Part shown: positions 19,574 through 30,436 of the stretch, piece after piece
Layout: each line of letters begins with the position of its first letter
How positions within the stretch are numbered: position 1 is the stretch's first letter
Origin: Gemmatimonas sp.
GTDB taxonomy: Bacteria; Gemmatimonadota; Gemmatimonadetes; Gemmatimonadales; Gemmatimonadaceae
Reading direction: 5' to 3'
Assembly: GCA_031414535.1 (NCBI GenBank)
Contig: JANNVQ010000007.1
Location: 1-64,000, forward strand
DNA length: 64,000 nt
Program-made: the position numbers and the translations under genes
The notes under the pieces: model-generated
The model's input: the letters and a program-made list of their open reading frames with translations, nothing else
Databases searched by the model: none
What the model was told of the DNA's origin: nothing

Positions 19574-20506
19574 GTGAGCCGCGCCAGTACCGTACCCGTT
19601 TCCGACGACATCGCCCGCCGCTTTCTCCTCGAGCGCTTCAGTGAGTATCTGGAGCTTGAGCTCGGGTCGAGTGCGCGGACGCGAGAGGCGTACCTGCGCG
19701 ACCTCGCGCTGCTGGCCACTTGGGCGGTGGAGCGCCACAGGGTGGCGGATGCCGCCGGGCTAGACGCCGCGCACCTGCGCGAGTGGGTGTACGCGCAAAA
19801 GGATCAGGGTCGAGCGGCGACGACCATCAAGCGGCGGATTTCGGCGGTGCGGACCTGGTATCGGTTCTTGCTGGCGGAGGGCATGGTCAAGGCAGATCCG
19901 AGTGAGAAGCTGGAGAGTCCACGCGGGTGGCGGCGCTTGCCGGATGTTTTGAGTGTTGCGGAAGTGGAGCGGATCATTGATTCGATTCCGCTTGAGGATG
20001 AGATGGCGTTTCGGGATCGGGCCCTGCTTGAGCTCGCGTACGGTGCCGGGCTGCGCGTGAGCGAGTGGTGCTCGCTTGATGTGAAGGACGTGATGCTGGA
20101 TGAGTTGGTGGTGCGCGTGTTCGGCAAGGGCGGGAAGGAGCGACTTGTGCCCGTCGGGCGAAAGGCCTCCGGTGCCGTGGCGATGTATCTGCGCGAACTC
20201 AGGCCCAAGTTGGAGAAAGGGAAGGGCGAGGGGCGGTTGTTCTTGAATTCGCGCGGCACGCCGCTGCAGCGGATGACGGCATGGACGGCTCTCAAGAAGA
20301 TTGTTGATCGCAGTGGGGTGACAAAGCCGGTGACGCCACACACGTTGCGGCATAGTTTTGCCACGCATTTACTCGAAGGTGGCGCCGATCTCCGCGCGGT
20401 CCAAGAGATGCTGGGGCACGCAGATATTTCGACGACTCAACTGTACACGCACGTTGATCGTGAGCACCTACGTCAGGTGCATAAGCAGTTTCACCCGAGA
20501 GGCTGA
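19574..20506 (+). CDS. xerD: Site-specific tyrosine recombinase, XerD-type (start approximate)
   Basis: AGLRVSE, GKGGKERLVP, TPHTLRHSFATHLLEGGADLRAVQEMLGHADISTTQLYTHV; full catalytic set; housekeeping context. Confidence 0.88.
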   Translation: MSRASTVPVSDDIARRFLLERFSEYLELELGSSARTREAYLRDLALLATWAVERHRVADAAGLDAAHLREWVYAQKDQGRAATTIKRRISAVRTWYRFLLAEGMVKADPSEKLESPRGWRRLPDVLSVAEVERIIDSIPLEDEMAFRDRALLELAYGAGLRVSEWCSLDVKDVMLDELVVRVFGKGGKERLVPVGRKASGAVAMYLRELRPKLEKGKGEGRLFLNSRGTPLQRMTAWTALKKIVDRSGVTKPVTPHTLRHSFATHLLEGGADLRAVQEMLGHADISTTQLYTHVDREHLRQVHKQFHPRG

Positions 20507-21093
20507 TGCTCCTCGTCATCGACAACTACGACTCCTTCACGTACAACCTCGTCCAGTACTTCGGCGAGCTTGGCGCTGAGATGAACGTCGTGCGCAACGA
20601 CCACATCACGCTCGACGAAATCGCCGCGCGAAAGCCGCAGGCCATCGTGCTCGGCCCAGGACCCGGTACGCCGGCCGATGCGGGCATCACGATTCCCGTC
20701 ATCAAGCGCTTCGGCGCAGAGATTCCGATGCTCGGCGTGTGCCTCGGGCATCAGGCGATCGGTGAGGCCTATGGCGGGGAGGTGATTCGTGCGCCTCGCG
20801 GAGTGATGCACGGCAAGACATCGCTGATCGTACACGACGGCACTGGGCTGTTTGCGGGAATTGGCTCCCCGGTTGAGGTGATGCGTTACCACTCGCTGGT
20901 CATTCGCCATGACTCCGTTCCTGCGGAGCTTCGGGTCACGGCGACCGCCGCGGACAACCCTTTGGAGATTCACGCTGTCACACACCGGAGCCACCCGGTG
21001 ATGGGCGTGCAGTTTCACCCAGAATCCATCGGCACCGCTGCCGGTATGCAGATGCTGCGCAACTTCCTCGCCATCGTTGGAGTGTCCGCGTGA
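20506..21093 (+). CDS. Aminodeoxychorismate/anthranilate synthase glutamine amidotransferase component II (PabA/TrpG)
   Basis: IDNYDSFTYNL, GVCLGHQ, RYHSL and GVQFHPES motifs. Confidence 0.93.
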   Translation: MLLVIDNYDSFTYNLVQYFGELGAEMNVVRNDHITLDEIAARKPQAIVLGPGPGTPADAGITIPVIKRFGAEIPMLGVCLGHQAIGEAYGGEVIRAPRGVMHGKTSLIVHDGTGLFAGIGSPVEVMRYHSLVIRHDSVPAELRVTATAADNPLEIHAVTHRSHPVMGVQFHPESIGTAAGMQMLRNFLAIVGVSA

Positions 21094-22382
21094 CGCGCTT
21101 GACGACTCTCGTACTCGTGCTGGTTGCAACGTTTGGGACCGCCTGCTCCGGCGACGCCAAGCCGATGAGAGGTGGACGTCCCTGGATCACGTCCACCGAC
21201 TCCACCGGCGACACGATTCGCGTGGTCACGCTGGGCGAGGTCCCTGATTCGCTGGCGCACAGCTTGGTTCCGGAACTCGAAGTCGGCGCCCTCGACGGTG
21301 CCGAAGCAGTGACCTTTGGATTTCTCGGTGACGTGCTTGGCCTCGCAGATGGCGGCCTGCTCGTGCACGATGCAGAGGCCGACATCATCCGGATATTCGA
21401 CGCCTCGGGCGCATTCGTGCGCAACCTCGGCGGCAAGGGCGGGGGACCGGGTGAGTACGGACAGATCAATGGGATTGCCCGCCATCCATGGGGTGATCTT
21501 TACGTGTGGGACGCCACTGGCGGGCGCGTGAACCGCTACCGTGCGGATGGCAGCTACGTCGGAACCTGGCGCAGCCCGTTCACGGGGTGGTTCACGCAGA
21601 ACCAGCTCTACACGGACCGCAGTGGCCGTCTGCTGATGTGGCTGCCCATCATCGGTGACCCGAGCAATCCGCTCCAGCGCCGCGACAGCTACGTGCGCCT
21701 GGATACGGCAGGCGTCACGCTCGATACGCTACTCGTGCCGCTGTGGCCGGATGACGCCGAACCGCTGCAAGCCTCGTCACCCGATGGTCGCTCGCGCACG
21801 ATGACGACTCGCCCTTGGGCGCCGAACTCGACGGCGGCGGTGCATCCCGACGGCGGGCTGGTGGCAGGGCTCGGCCAAGATTACGTGCTGTACCGATTGA
21901 TGACCGGTGGGAAGCCGCTTCGCATCGAGCGCGAATACACGCCGGTGCCGGTGTCGGACACGGAGCGGCGGGAGCGTCAAGCACAAATCGAGCAGAACAT
22001 GCGACGCCTTGATCCGGCGTGGAATTGGACGGGCGCTCCCATACCCGGGAGCAAGCCCGCCTACGAGCGCTTCCTGATTGCCGACGATGGAAGAATTTGG
22101 GTGCGGGTTTTTACGGCCGCAGAGGAGATCCCAGCGGCCGAAATCCCCACGCCCGCACCGAATCCCAACGGTCCTCCCCGGGTCGTCCTGAGCACCAGAG
22201 AACCTGTCGTCTTCGACGTGTTCAGCGCCGAGGGCGAGTTCTTGGGACGCGTGAAGTTGCCACCGAGAACGAGCGTGTTGCGCGCGAGCGGGAATCAGGC
22301 GTGGGGCACGCGCAAGGACGCTGACGAAGTGGATTTTGCCGTGCGTTTTCGGATTACGCCTGGATTCGACGCGCCAAGGTAG
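21090..22382 (+). CDS. Putative beta-propeller (6-bladed/NHL-like) lipoprotein
   Basis: Signal peptide ending GTAC; IRIFDASGAFVRNLGGKGGGPGEY and FDVFSAEGEFLGRV blade-like motifs. Confidence 0.7.
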   Translation: MTRLTTLVLVLVATFGTACSGDAKPMRGGRPWITSTDSTGDTIRVVTLGEVPDSLAHSLVPELEVGALDGAEAVTFGFLGDVLGLADGGLLVHDAEADIIRIFDASGAFVRNLGGKGGGPGEYGQINGIARHPWGDLYVWDATGGRVNRYRADGSYVGTWRSPFTGWFTQNQLYTDRSGRLLMWLPIIGDPSNPLQRRDSYVRLDTAGVTLDTLLVPLWPDDAEPLQASSPDGRSRTMTTRPWAPNSTAAVHPDGGLVAGLGQDYVLYRLMTGGKPLRIEREYTPVPVSDTERRERQAQIEQNMRRLDPAWNWTGAPIPGSKPAYERFLIADDGRIWVRVFTAAEEIPAAEIPTPAPNPNGPPRVVLSTREPVVFDVFSAEGEFLGRVKLPPRTSVLRASGNQAWGTRKDADEVDFAVRFRITPGFDAPR

Positions 22383-22479
22383 TTTTCGCGGAACTGCCGC
22401 CCGCAGGGCTGGGACAAGTCGAGAGATTGCAGATTTGTGATGCCCTCTTGTCCCCTCAAACCCCGCCCCTAGATTTCTC

Positions 22480-22495
22480 TGGCGTGGAATTTGCA
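22480..22495 (+). promoter_or_regulatory. Putative sigma-54 (-24/-12) promoter or binding site
   Basis: TGGCGTGGAATTTGCA has exact GG-N10-GC spacing and TTGCA, ~30 nt upstream of kdsB. Confidence 0.6.
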
Positions 22496-22524
22496 TCGGC
22501 ATCCCTCTGCTGGGCCGTGCTAAA

Positions 22525-24967
<2,443 letters not shown>

Positions 24968-24978
24968 GTACTACACAG

Positions 24979-25815
24979 ATGCCACATCGCGCTTCCTTTC
25001 CGAAGGACCGTCTTTTTCTGATCGCCGGTCCCTGCGTCATCGAGAATGACGAGCTGTTGTTTCGCATTGCGGACCATCTCGCCAAGCTTGCTCCCAAGGT
25101 GCCGGGCGGCATCATCTTCAAGGCGAGCTTCGACAAGGCTAACCGTTCCAATGCCGGCGCATTCCGCGGCCCCGGCATCGAGGAAGGCCTGCGCACGCTC
25201 GAGCGTGTGCGGGAGCGCTCGGGACTTCCGGTGCTCACCGACGTGCATCTCCCCGAGCATTGTGCGATGGCTGCGGGATCCGTTGATGTGTTGCAGATCC
25301 CGGCTTTCCTCTGCCGTCAAACCGACTTGCTCGAAGCCGCGGGCGCCACTGGGCTGGCCGTGAACGTAAAGAAGGGTCAGTGGATGCATCCAGAGGGCAT
25401 GGCGGGCGCAGTGAAGAAGGTTCACGGCGCGGAGAATCGTGCCCGCGCAGACCGCGAGCGCAACTGCGACGTGGCGGTCACAGAGCGCGGCAGCTTCTTT
25501 GGCTATGGCGACCTCGTCGTGGATATGCGCGGCTTCTCACGGATGCGTGAGGCCTGCGGCGTCCCGGTGATTTTTGACGGCACGCATTCGGTGCAGCAGC
25601 CAGGCAAGGGACAGGGCGGTGCGAGCGGTGGACTGCGCGAACACATCCCCGCGCTTACCTACGCGGCCTGTGCCGCGGGCGCCGACGGTCTCTTCCTAGA
25701 GACGCATCCGGACCCCGACAACGCGCCAAGCGACGGACCGAACATGCTACCCCTCCACCAACTCGACCCCGTGGTGATGAAGGCCGTTGCGATGTGGGAA
25801 CTGGCCCGAGGATGA
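24979..25815 (+). CDS. kdsA: Kdo 8-phosphate synthase
   Basis: IAGPCVIE, FKASFDKANRS, QIPAFLCRQTDLL, DGTHSVQ and SDGPN motifs. Confidence 0.96.
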   Translation: MPHRASFPKDRLFLIAGPCVIENDELLFRIADHLAKLAPKVPGGIIFKASFDKANRSNAGAFRGPGIEEGLRTLERVRERSGLPVLTDVHLPEHCAMAAGSVDVLQIPAFLCRQTDLLEAAGATGLAVNVKKGQWMHPEGMAGAVKKVHGAENRARADRERNCDVAVTERGSFFGYGDLVVDMRGFSRMREACGVPVIFDGTHSVQQPGKGQGGASGGLREHIPALTYAACAAGADGLFLETHPDPDNAPSDGPNMLPLHQLDPVVMKAVAMWELARG

Positions 25816-26405
25816 TTCTCAACCTCGTGAGTCCGCAGGGGCCCTCGGGCCCCCAACTGGACGCCGCAACGGCGGCCCGCATTCGGCTCGTCTGTTTTGA
25901 CGTGGACGGGGTACTCACCGACGGCGGCCTCTACCTCGGCGACGCGGCGGGCGCGCGTGTGGAACTCAAGCGGTACAACATCCAGGACGGACTGGGCATC
26001 AAGATGCTCCAGCAGGCTGGCCTCACCACTGCCATCATCACGGGGCGCGAATCGGAGAGCGTGGCCTTACGGGCCAAGGAACTGGAGATCGACGAACTCG
26101 TACAGGACAACCAAGCGCGAAAAGTGCCCGCGCTGCGAAAGATGCTCGAACGCTTGGGGCTCGATTGGTCGGAGGTGGCCTTCGTCGGAGACGACGTGCC
26201 CGACCTCGGCTGCATGCGTCTCGTTGGCCTGCCCGTGGCCGTAGGCAATGCCAGCGACGAGGCCAAGCACGCGGCCCGCATCGTGATGGACGCCGATGGC
26301 GGCCACGGAGCCGTCCGCGAGTTTTGCGAGTTGTTGCTTCGGGCCCGCGGCGACTGGGACGCCCAAGTCGAGAAGTTCGTGCTCAGCCGCGCGGAAGAGC
26401 GATGA
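25812..26405 (+). CDS. kdsC: Kdo 8-phosphate phosphatase (HAD)
   Basis: FDVDGVLTDG, IITGR, GDDVPD and GGHGAVREF motifs. Confidence 0.94.
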   Translation: MILNLVSPQGPSGPQLDAATAARIRLVCFDVDGVLTDGGLYLGDAAGARVELKRYNIQDGLGIKMLQQAGLTTAIITGRESESVALRAKELEIDELVQDNQARKVPALRKMLERLGLDWSEVAFVGDDVPDLGCMRLVGLPVAVGNASDEAKHAARIVMDADGGHGAVREFCELLLRARGDWDAQVEKFVLSRAEER

Positions 26406-27370
26406 GCGAGACCGATCGCATTATCGCGCGGGGCAGGCGCGTGCTCGAACTTGAGCGCGATGTCGTGAGCGAAGCAGCCGTGCGCCTCGACGCGTCCTTC
26501 GCCGACGCCGTGCAACTCATCAAGCAGGCCAAAGGCCGCGTGATCGTCGCGGGCATCGGGAAGAGCGGACTGATTGCGCGAAAAATTGCCGCGACGATGA
26601 CCTCCACCGGGACCCCAGCGTACTTCCTGCACCCCACCGAGAGCGTGCACGGTGACCTCGGCATCGTCACGCACGATGATGTGGGCCTCTTGCTCTCCAA
26701 GAGCGGCGAAACGACGGAGCTCTTGCCGCTGCTCGAGCAATTGACCCGACTCGGGGTGCCCTGTATCGCCATCACCGGCAACAAGGACTCGGCTCTCGCC
26801 CGCAATAGCCGCGTCTCGCTCGACGGCTACGTGCGCGAGGAGGCCTGCCCACACGATTTGGCGCCCACCACCAGCACCACCCTCGCCCTCGCGTTGGGCG
26901 ATGCCTTGGCAGTGGCCTTGCTCGAAGAGAAGGGATTCAAGCGCGAGGATTTCGCGAAGTTCCATCCCGGCGGCTCGCTCGGCAAAAAGCTGTTGCTACG
27001 CGTGCGTGATGTGATGATTGCCGAGCCGCTCCCCGTGTTGAGGCCCGACGCGCACCTGCGCGAGGCCATTGTCGTATTGGCCAAGCAGCGCGGCCTAGGC
27101 CTCTTGCTCGATGGCGCTGGCCGTATGGCCGGTGTGTTCACCACGGGGGATCTCACGCGCGCCATGCAACGCGAGGGTGACGTGATGAGCATCCGCGTTG
27201 CTGATGTCATGACGCGTGCACCGAAGACGGTCGGTGCTGACGAACTGGGTTCGGCTGCCGTGCACATCATGGAGCAGTGCGGCATCATTGCCTTGCCGGC
27301 CTTGGAGAAGGACGGTCGAGTGGCCGGCGTCGTTCACCTGCATGACTTGATGCGTGCCGGAGCTGCCTGA
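26402..27370 (+). CDS. kdsD: Arabinose-5-phosphate isomerase (KpsF/GutQ, SIS domain plus CBS pair)
   Basis: GIGKSG, HGDLG, EACPHDLAPTTST and FHPGGSLG motifs; C-terminal CBS domains. Confidence 0.94.
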   Translation: MSETDRIIARGRRVLELERDVVSEAAVRLDASFADAVQLIKQAKGRVIVAGIGKSGLIARKIAATMTSTGTPAYFLHPTESVHGDLGIVTHDDVGLLLSKSGETTELLPLLEQLTRLGVPCIAITGNKDSALARNSRVSLDGYVREEACPHDLAPTTSTTLALALGDALAVALLEEKGFKREDFAKFHPGGSLGKKLLLRVRDVMIAEPLPVLRPDAHLREAIVVLAKQRGLGLLLDGAGRMAGVFTTGDLTRAMQREGDVMSIRVADVMTRAPKTVGADELGSAAVHIMEQCGIIALPALEKDGRVAGVVHLHDLMRAGAA

Positions 27371-27918
27371 TGAGACATCTCGTATTGTTGCTTGCCGCTG
27401 GAGTCATTGGGGCGGCCTGCTCCGATGTCACGAAGGAGCTGAATACGGTGGCCGATGGCTCGATGCTGGATTCCGCCGACCAGGTGGCCTTCAACTCCCG
27501 CACGGTGTTGACCGACGCGGGACTCCTGCGCGCCGAGATCTTTGCGGACACGACGCTCTTCCTGAATCAGAACACGCGCATCTCCATGCGGGTCGTGCAG
27601 GGCGTGTTCTTCTCCGCTACCGGCTCACGCGATGCGACCGTCACGGCAAATCGCGCGCAATACGATACCCGGGCTTCCGTGCTCGAGGCCTATGGCAATG
27701 TGATCGTCACTTCGGTGGATGGTCGCGTGCTCAAGTCGCCCATGCTGAGGTTTGAGTCAAGCCAGAACCAGATCATGTCGGATTCCGCCTTCGTGATGAC
27801 CGAACCCGACGGCAAGGAATTGCGTGGCGTGGGCTTCCGTGCCGATCCCAACCTCGATGTCGTCACCGTGCTCCGCTTGGACCGCGGCCGTGGTGGCGCG
27901 GTGCGTCTAAACCAGTGA
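27370..27918 (+). CDS. lptC: LPS export protein LptC-like, lipoprotein-type signal
   Basis: Position between kdsD and lptA/lptB; beta-jellyroll-like sequence (LEAYGNVIVTS, LRGVGFRAD); signal ending GAAC. Confidence 0.75.
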   Translation: MRHLVLLLAAGVIGAACSDVTKELNTVADGSMLDSADQVAFNSRTVLTDAGLLRAEIFADTTLFLNQNTRISMRVVQGVFFSATGSRDATVTANRAQYDTRASVLEAYGNVIVTSVDGRVLKSPMLRFESSQNQIMSDSAFVMTEPDGKELRGVGFRADPNLDVVTVLRLDRGRGGAVRLNQ

Positions 27919-29273
27919 TGCGCATCGGGCGCACCCTCGTGCTCGCCCTCACCGTCGCCGCAGCGGCGGCGGAGGCGGAGGCTCAGGATTCGCGCCCGTG
28001 CCTGATTGTCATCAGCGGCCTCGAAAGCGGTCCTCGCATAACACGCATGACCTCGGTGGTGACGGGGACGGGCGCGCGCAACACATTCATCGGCGGGGCC
28101 GTGGACGCCACCTGCGAAGGGCAGGGCAATCGTCTGCTGGCAGACAGCGCCGAGCATTTTACCGACCAGGGTCTGATGATCCTGTACCACAACGTGCGAT
28201 ACTCTGAGCCGCGGGTGAACATCACCTCCGACCGGATGACCTACTATACCAACGAAGAGCGCCTAGTCGCCGAGGGCAACGTGCGCGGGCGCACTTCCTC
28301 AGGCACGCGTTTCTCGGGCCCGCGCATGGAGTACTTTCGCGCCAAGCCCGGACTTCGTGCCGAAAACAGTTGGATTGCCACGGGACGTCCCACCGTGCGC
28401 CTGAGCCCCACTGAGGGCAATGCGAACGCCACGGCCACGGCCGATTCAACGGACCTCACCGCGAACGTGGTGCGCTCCCAGAACGACTCGTTGCTGTGGG
28501 CCAGCGGCGGAGTGATACTGGACCGGTTAGACATGCGCGCCACATCCGACTCGGCGACGGTTGATAACGGACGAGAGTATGTGCGACTACTGCGCGACCC
28601 GCGCATAGTGGGAAAGGGAGAGCGTCCGTTCACGCTGGAAGGTGTCATCATTGACGCTTGGTCTAGCGACCGTGAACTACAACGCGTGCTGGCCCTCGGT
28701 GAAGCCGAGGCCCTGAGCGACTCGATGACGCTCACCAGCGACACTATTGACCTGCGCTTCAGTGAACAGAAGATCAGCCGCATTTTCTCTTGGGGCACCC
28801 GCGCGAAGGCCGTATCGCCGCAGCAAACCATGGAAGCCGATTCGATGGACGTGCGGATGCCGGGGCAAAAGCTGGAGCGCGTGCACGCCATTGGACGAGC
28901 CGTGGCGCTCTCGCAGCCAGACACGAGCAAGTTCGCATCCACCGAGCGCGACTGGATCACCGGTGACACTCTGCGCGCGGCGTTCGAGACGCTGCCCGCG
29001 AGCCCAAGCGACTCATCCGAGCGATCAGTGATGAAAGAAGTGCTGTCCATTGGAAACTCCCGCGCGTTCTATCAAGGAGCCTCTCCGGGCGGCGTCCGAG
29101 GCGCACCGACCTTGAGCTACAACCGAGGACATCAGATTACCGTGCTGTTTTCCGAAGGATCGATGAGTTCCGTGAAAATTCTCGACCAAGCCTCGGGGCT
29201 TTATCTCGAGCCCATGACCCAAGACAGCGTTCGCACCCCCGCGCAGCAACCGAATCGCGGGAGGCGTCCGTGA
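27918..29273 (+). CDS. Extended OstA/LptA-like periplasmic protein
   Basis: Signal peptide; repeated jellyroll-like motifs (LLADSA, ITSDRMTY, LVAEGNV, LTSDTIDL, MEADSMDV, ITGDTL); lies between lptC and lptB. Confidence 0.7.
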   Translation: MRIGRTLVLALTVAAAAAEAEAQDSRPCLIVISGLESGPRITRMTSVVTGTGARNTFIGGAVDATCEGQGNRLLADSAEHFTDQGLMILYHNVRYSEPRVNITSDRMTYYTNEERLVAEGNVRGRTSSGTRFSGPRMEYFRAKPGLRAENSWIATGRPTVRLSPTEGNANATATADSTDLTANVVRSQNDSLLWASGGVILDRLDMRATSDSATVDNGREYVRLLRDPRIVGKGERPFTLEGVIIDAWSSDRELQRVLALGEAEALSDSMTLTSDTIDLRFSEQKISRIFSWGTRAKAVSPQQTMEADSMDVRMPGQKLERVHAIGRAVALSQPDTSKFASTERDWITGDTLRAAFETLPASPSDSSERSVMKEVLSIGNSRAFYQGASPGGVRGAPTLSYNRGHQITVLFSEGSMSSVKILDQASGLYLEPMTQDSVRTPAQQPNRGRRP

Positions 29274-30436
29274 GTTTTACGGAGTTGGTTCGCCAGCTCA
29301 CGGCCGGCGACCGTTCAGATGCCCTGTGTCTCTTGGCCTTGGCTCAGGCGGCGGACGACCAAGGCTCGGCCGCGTTCCATGACGTCATGGTTGCTTACCG
29401 CAACGACTACCTGCACACCCTCGAGATGGAGGGGCGCGACCTAGCCGCCGAGTCGGGCAGGTTGAGCTTGGACGAGGTGCGCCGCCATTTGGCGGCCGTG
29501 GTGCTTCCGCGCTTGGTGGCCACAGGGGCGATTGAGGCGCCTGGCGGAACCGAAGGGCGCATCACGCTCGCGGGAGATGCCTCGATTGCCTTTCGCAGCG
29601 ACCGCGCGGCGTTTCAGGCATCGCTCCAGGAAACCGGCGAGCACGCCAGCGCCCACGTCCGAAAGGCGCCACCCGTCGTTGGCGGTTCGGTGCTCTCGTC
29701 GGCTGGCCTCGTGAAGACCTACAAGAAGCGCAACGTGGTCAGCAATGTTTCGCTCGAGCTTCATCAGGGCGAAATTGTCGGCCTGCTTGGCCCCAATGGC
29801 GCGGGCAAAACCACAACGTTTTATATGATGGCGGGTCTCATTCCGCCGGACCAAGGACAGATCCTCCTCGACGGCGTCGACATCACGCGCATGCCGATGT
29901 TCCAGCGGGCGCGTCGTGGCATTGGCTACCTCTCGCAGGAGCCCTCCATTTTTCGCAAGCTCTCGGTAGAGGAGAACATCCTCGCCATTTTGGAGACCTT
30001 GCCCATTCCGAGGCAGGAGCGCGAACAGCGCCTCGAGAACTTGTTGGACGAACTCAAGATTAAGCATTTGCGCCTGAGCAAGGCCTTTGCGCTCTCCGGC
30101 GGCGAGCGTCGGCGCCTCGAGATCACGCGCGCGCTGGTGACTCAGCCGAAGTTCATCATGCTCGACGAACCCTTCGCCGGCGTTGACCCCATTGCCGTCA
30201 ACGACATTCAGGGCATCGTCGCCTCGCTGCGTGAGCGCGGGATTGGCGTGCTCATCTCTGACCATAATGTCGAGCAGACCCTCGACATCGTGGACCGTGC
30301 ATACATTATGTTCGAGGGGCAGGTGAAGGTCGCGGGTCCGGTGCGCGAACTCATCTTTGACGACACGGTGTCTACCGTGTACTTCGGCCCGACGCTCACG
30401 GCGCGTCTGCGCGCCCGCTTCACGGATGGCGTGTGA
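29270..30436 (+). CDS. lptB: LPS export ABC ATPase LptB with ~135-aa N-terminal extension
   Basis: GPNGAGKTTTFYM, RARRGIGYLSQE, LSGGERRRLEI, LDEPFAGVDPI and SDHNV motifs; upstream of rpoN. Confidence 0.93.
   Translation: MSFTELVRQLTAGDRSDALCLLALAQAADDQGSAAFHDVMVAYRNDYLHTLEMEGRDLAAESGRLSLDEVRRHLAAVVLPRLVATGAIEAPGGTEGRITLAGDASIAFRSDRAAFQASLQETGEHASAHVRKAPPVVGGSVLSSAGLVKTYKKRNVVSNVSLELHQGEIVGLLGPNGAGKTTTFYMMAGLIPPDQGQILLDGVDITRMPMFQRARRGIGYLSQEPSIFRKLSVEENILAILETLPIPRQEREQRLENLLDELKIKHLRLSKAFALSGGERRRLEITRALVTQPKFIMLDEPFAGVDPIAVNDIQGIVASLRERGIGVLISDHNVEQTLDIVDRAYIMFEGQVKVAGPVRELIFDDTVSTVYFGPTLTARLRARFTDGV

Noticed and set aside
19574..20506. Tyrosine recombinase as a prophage or island integrase
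   Set aside because: The sequence is XerD-like (LLEGGADLRAVQEMLGHADISTTQ), overlaps a housekeeping gene and has no phage or cargo genes nearby.
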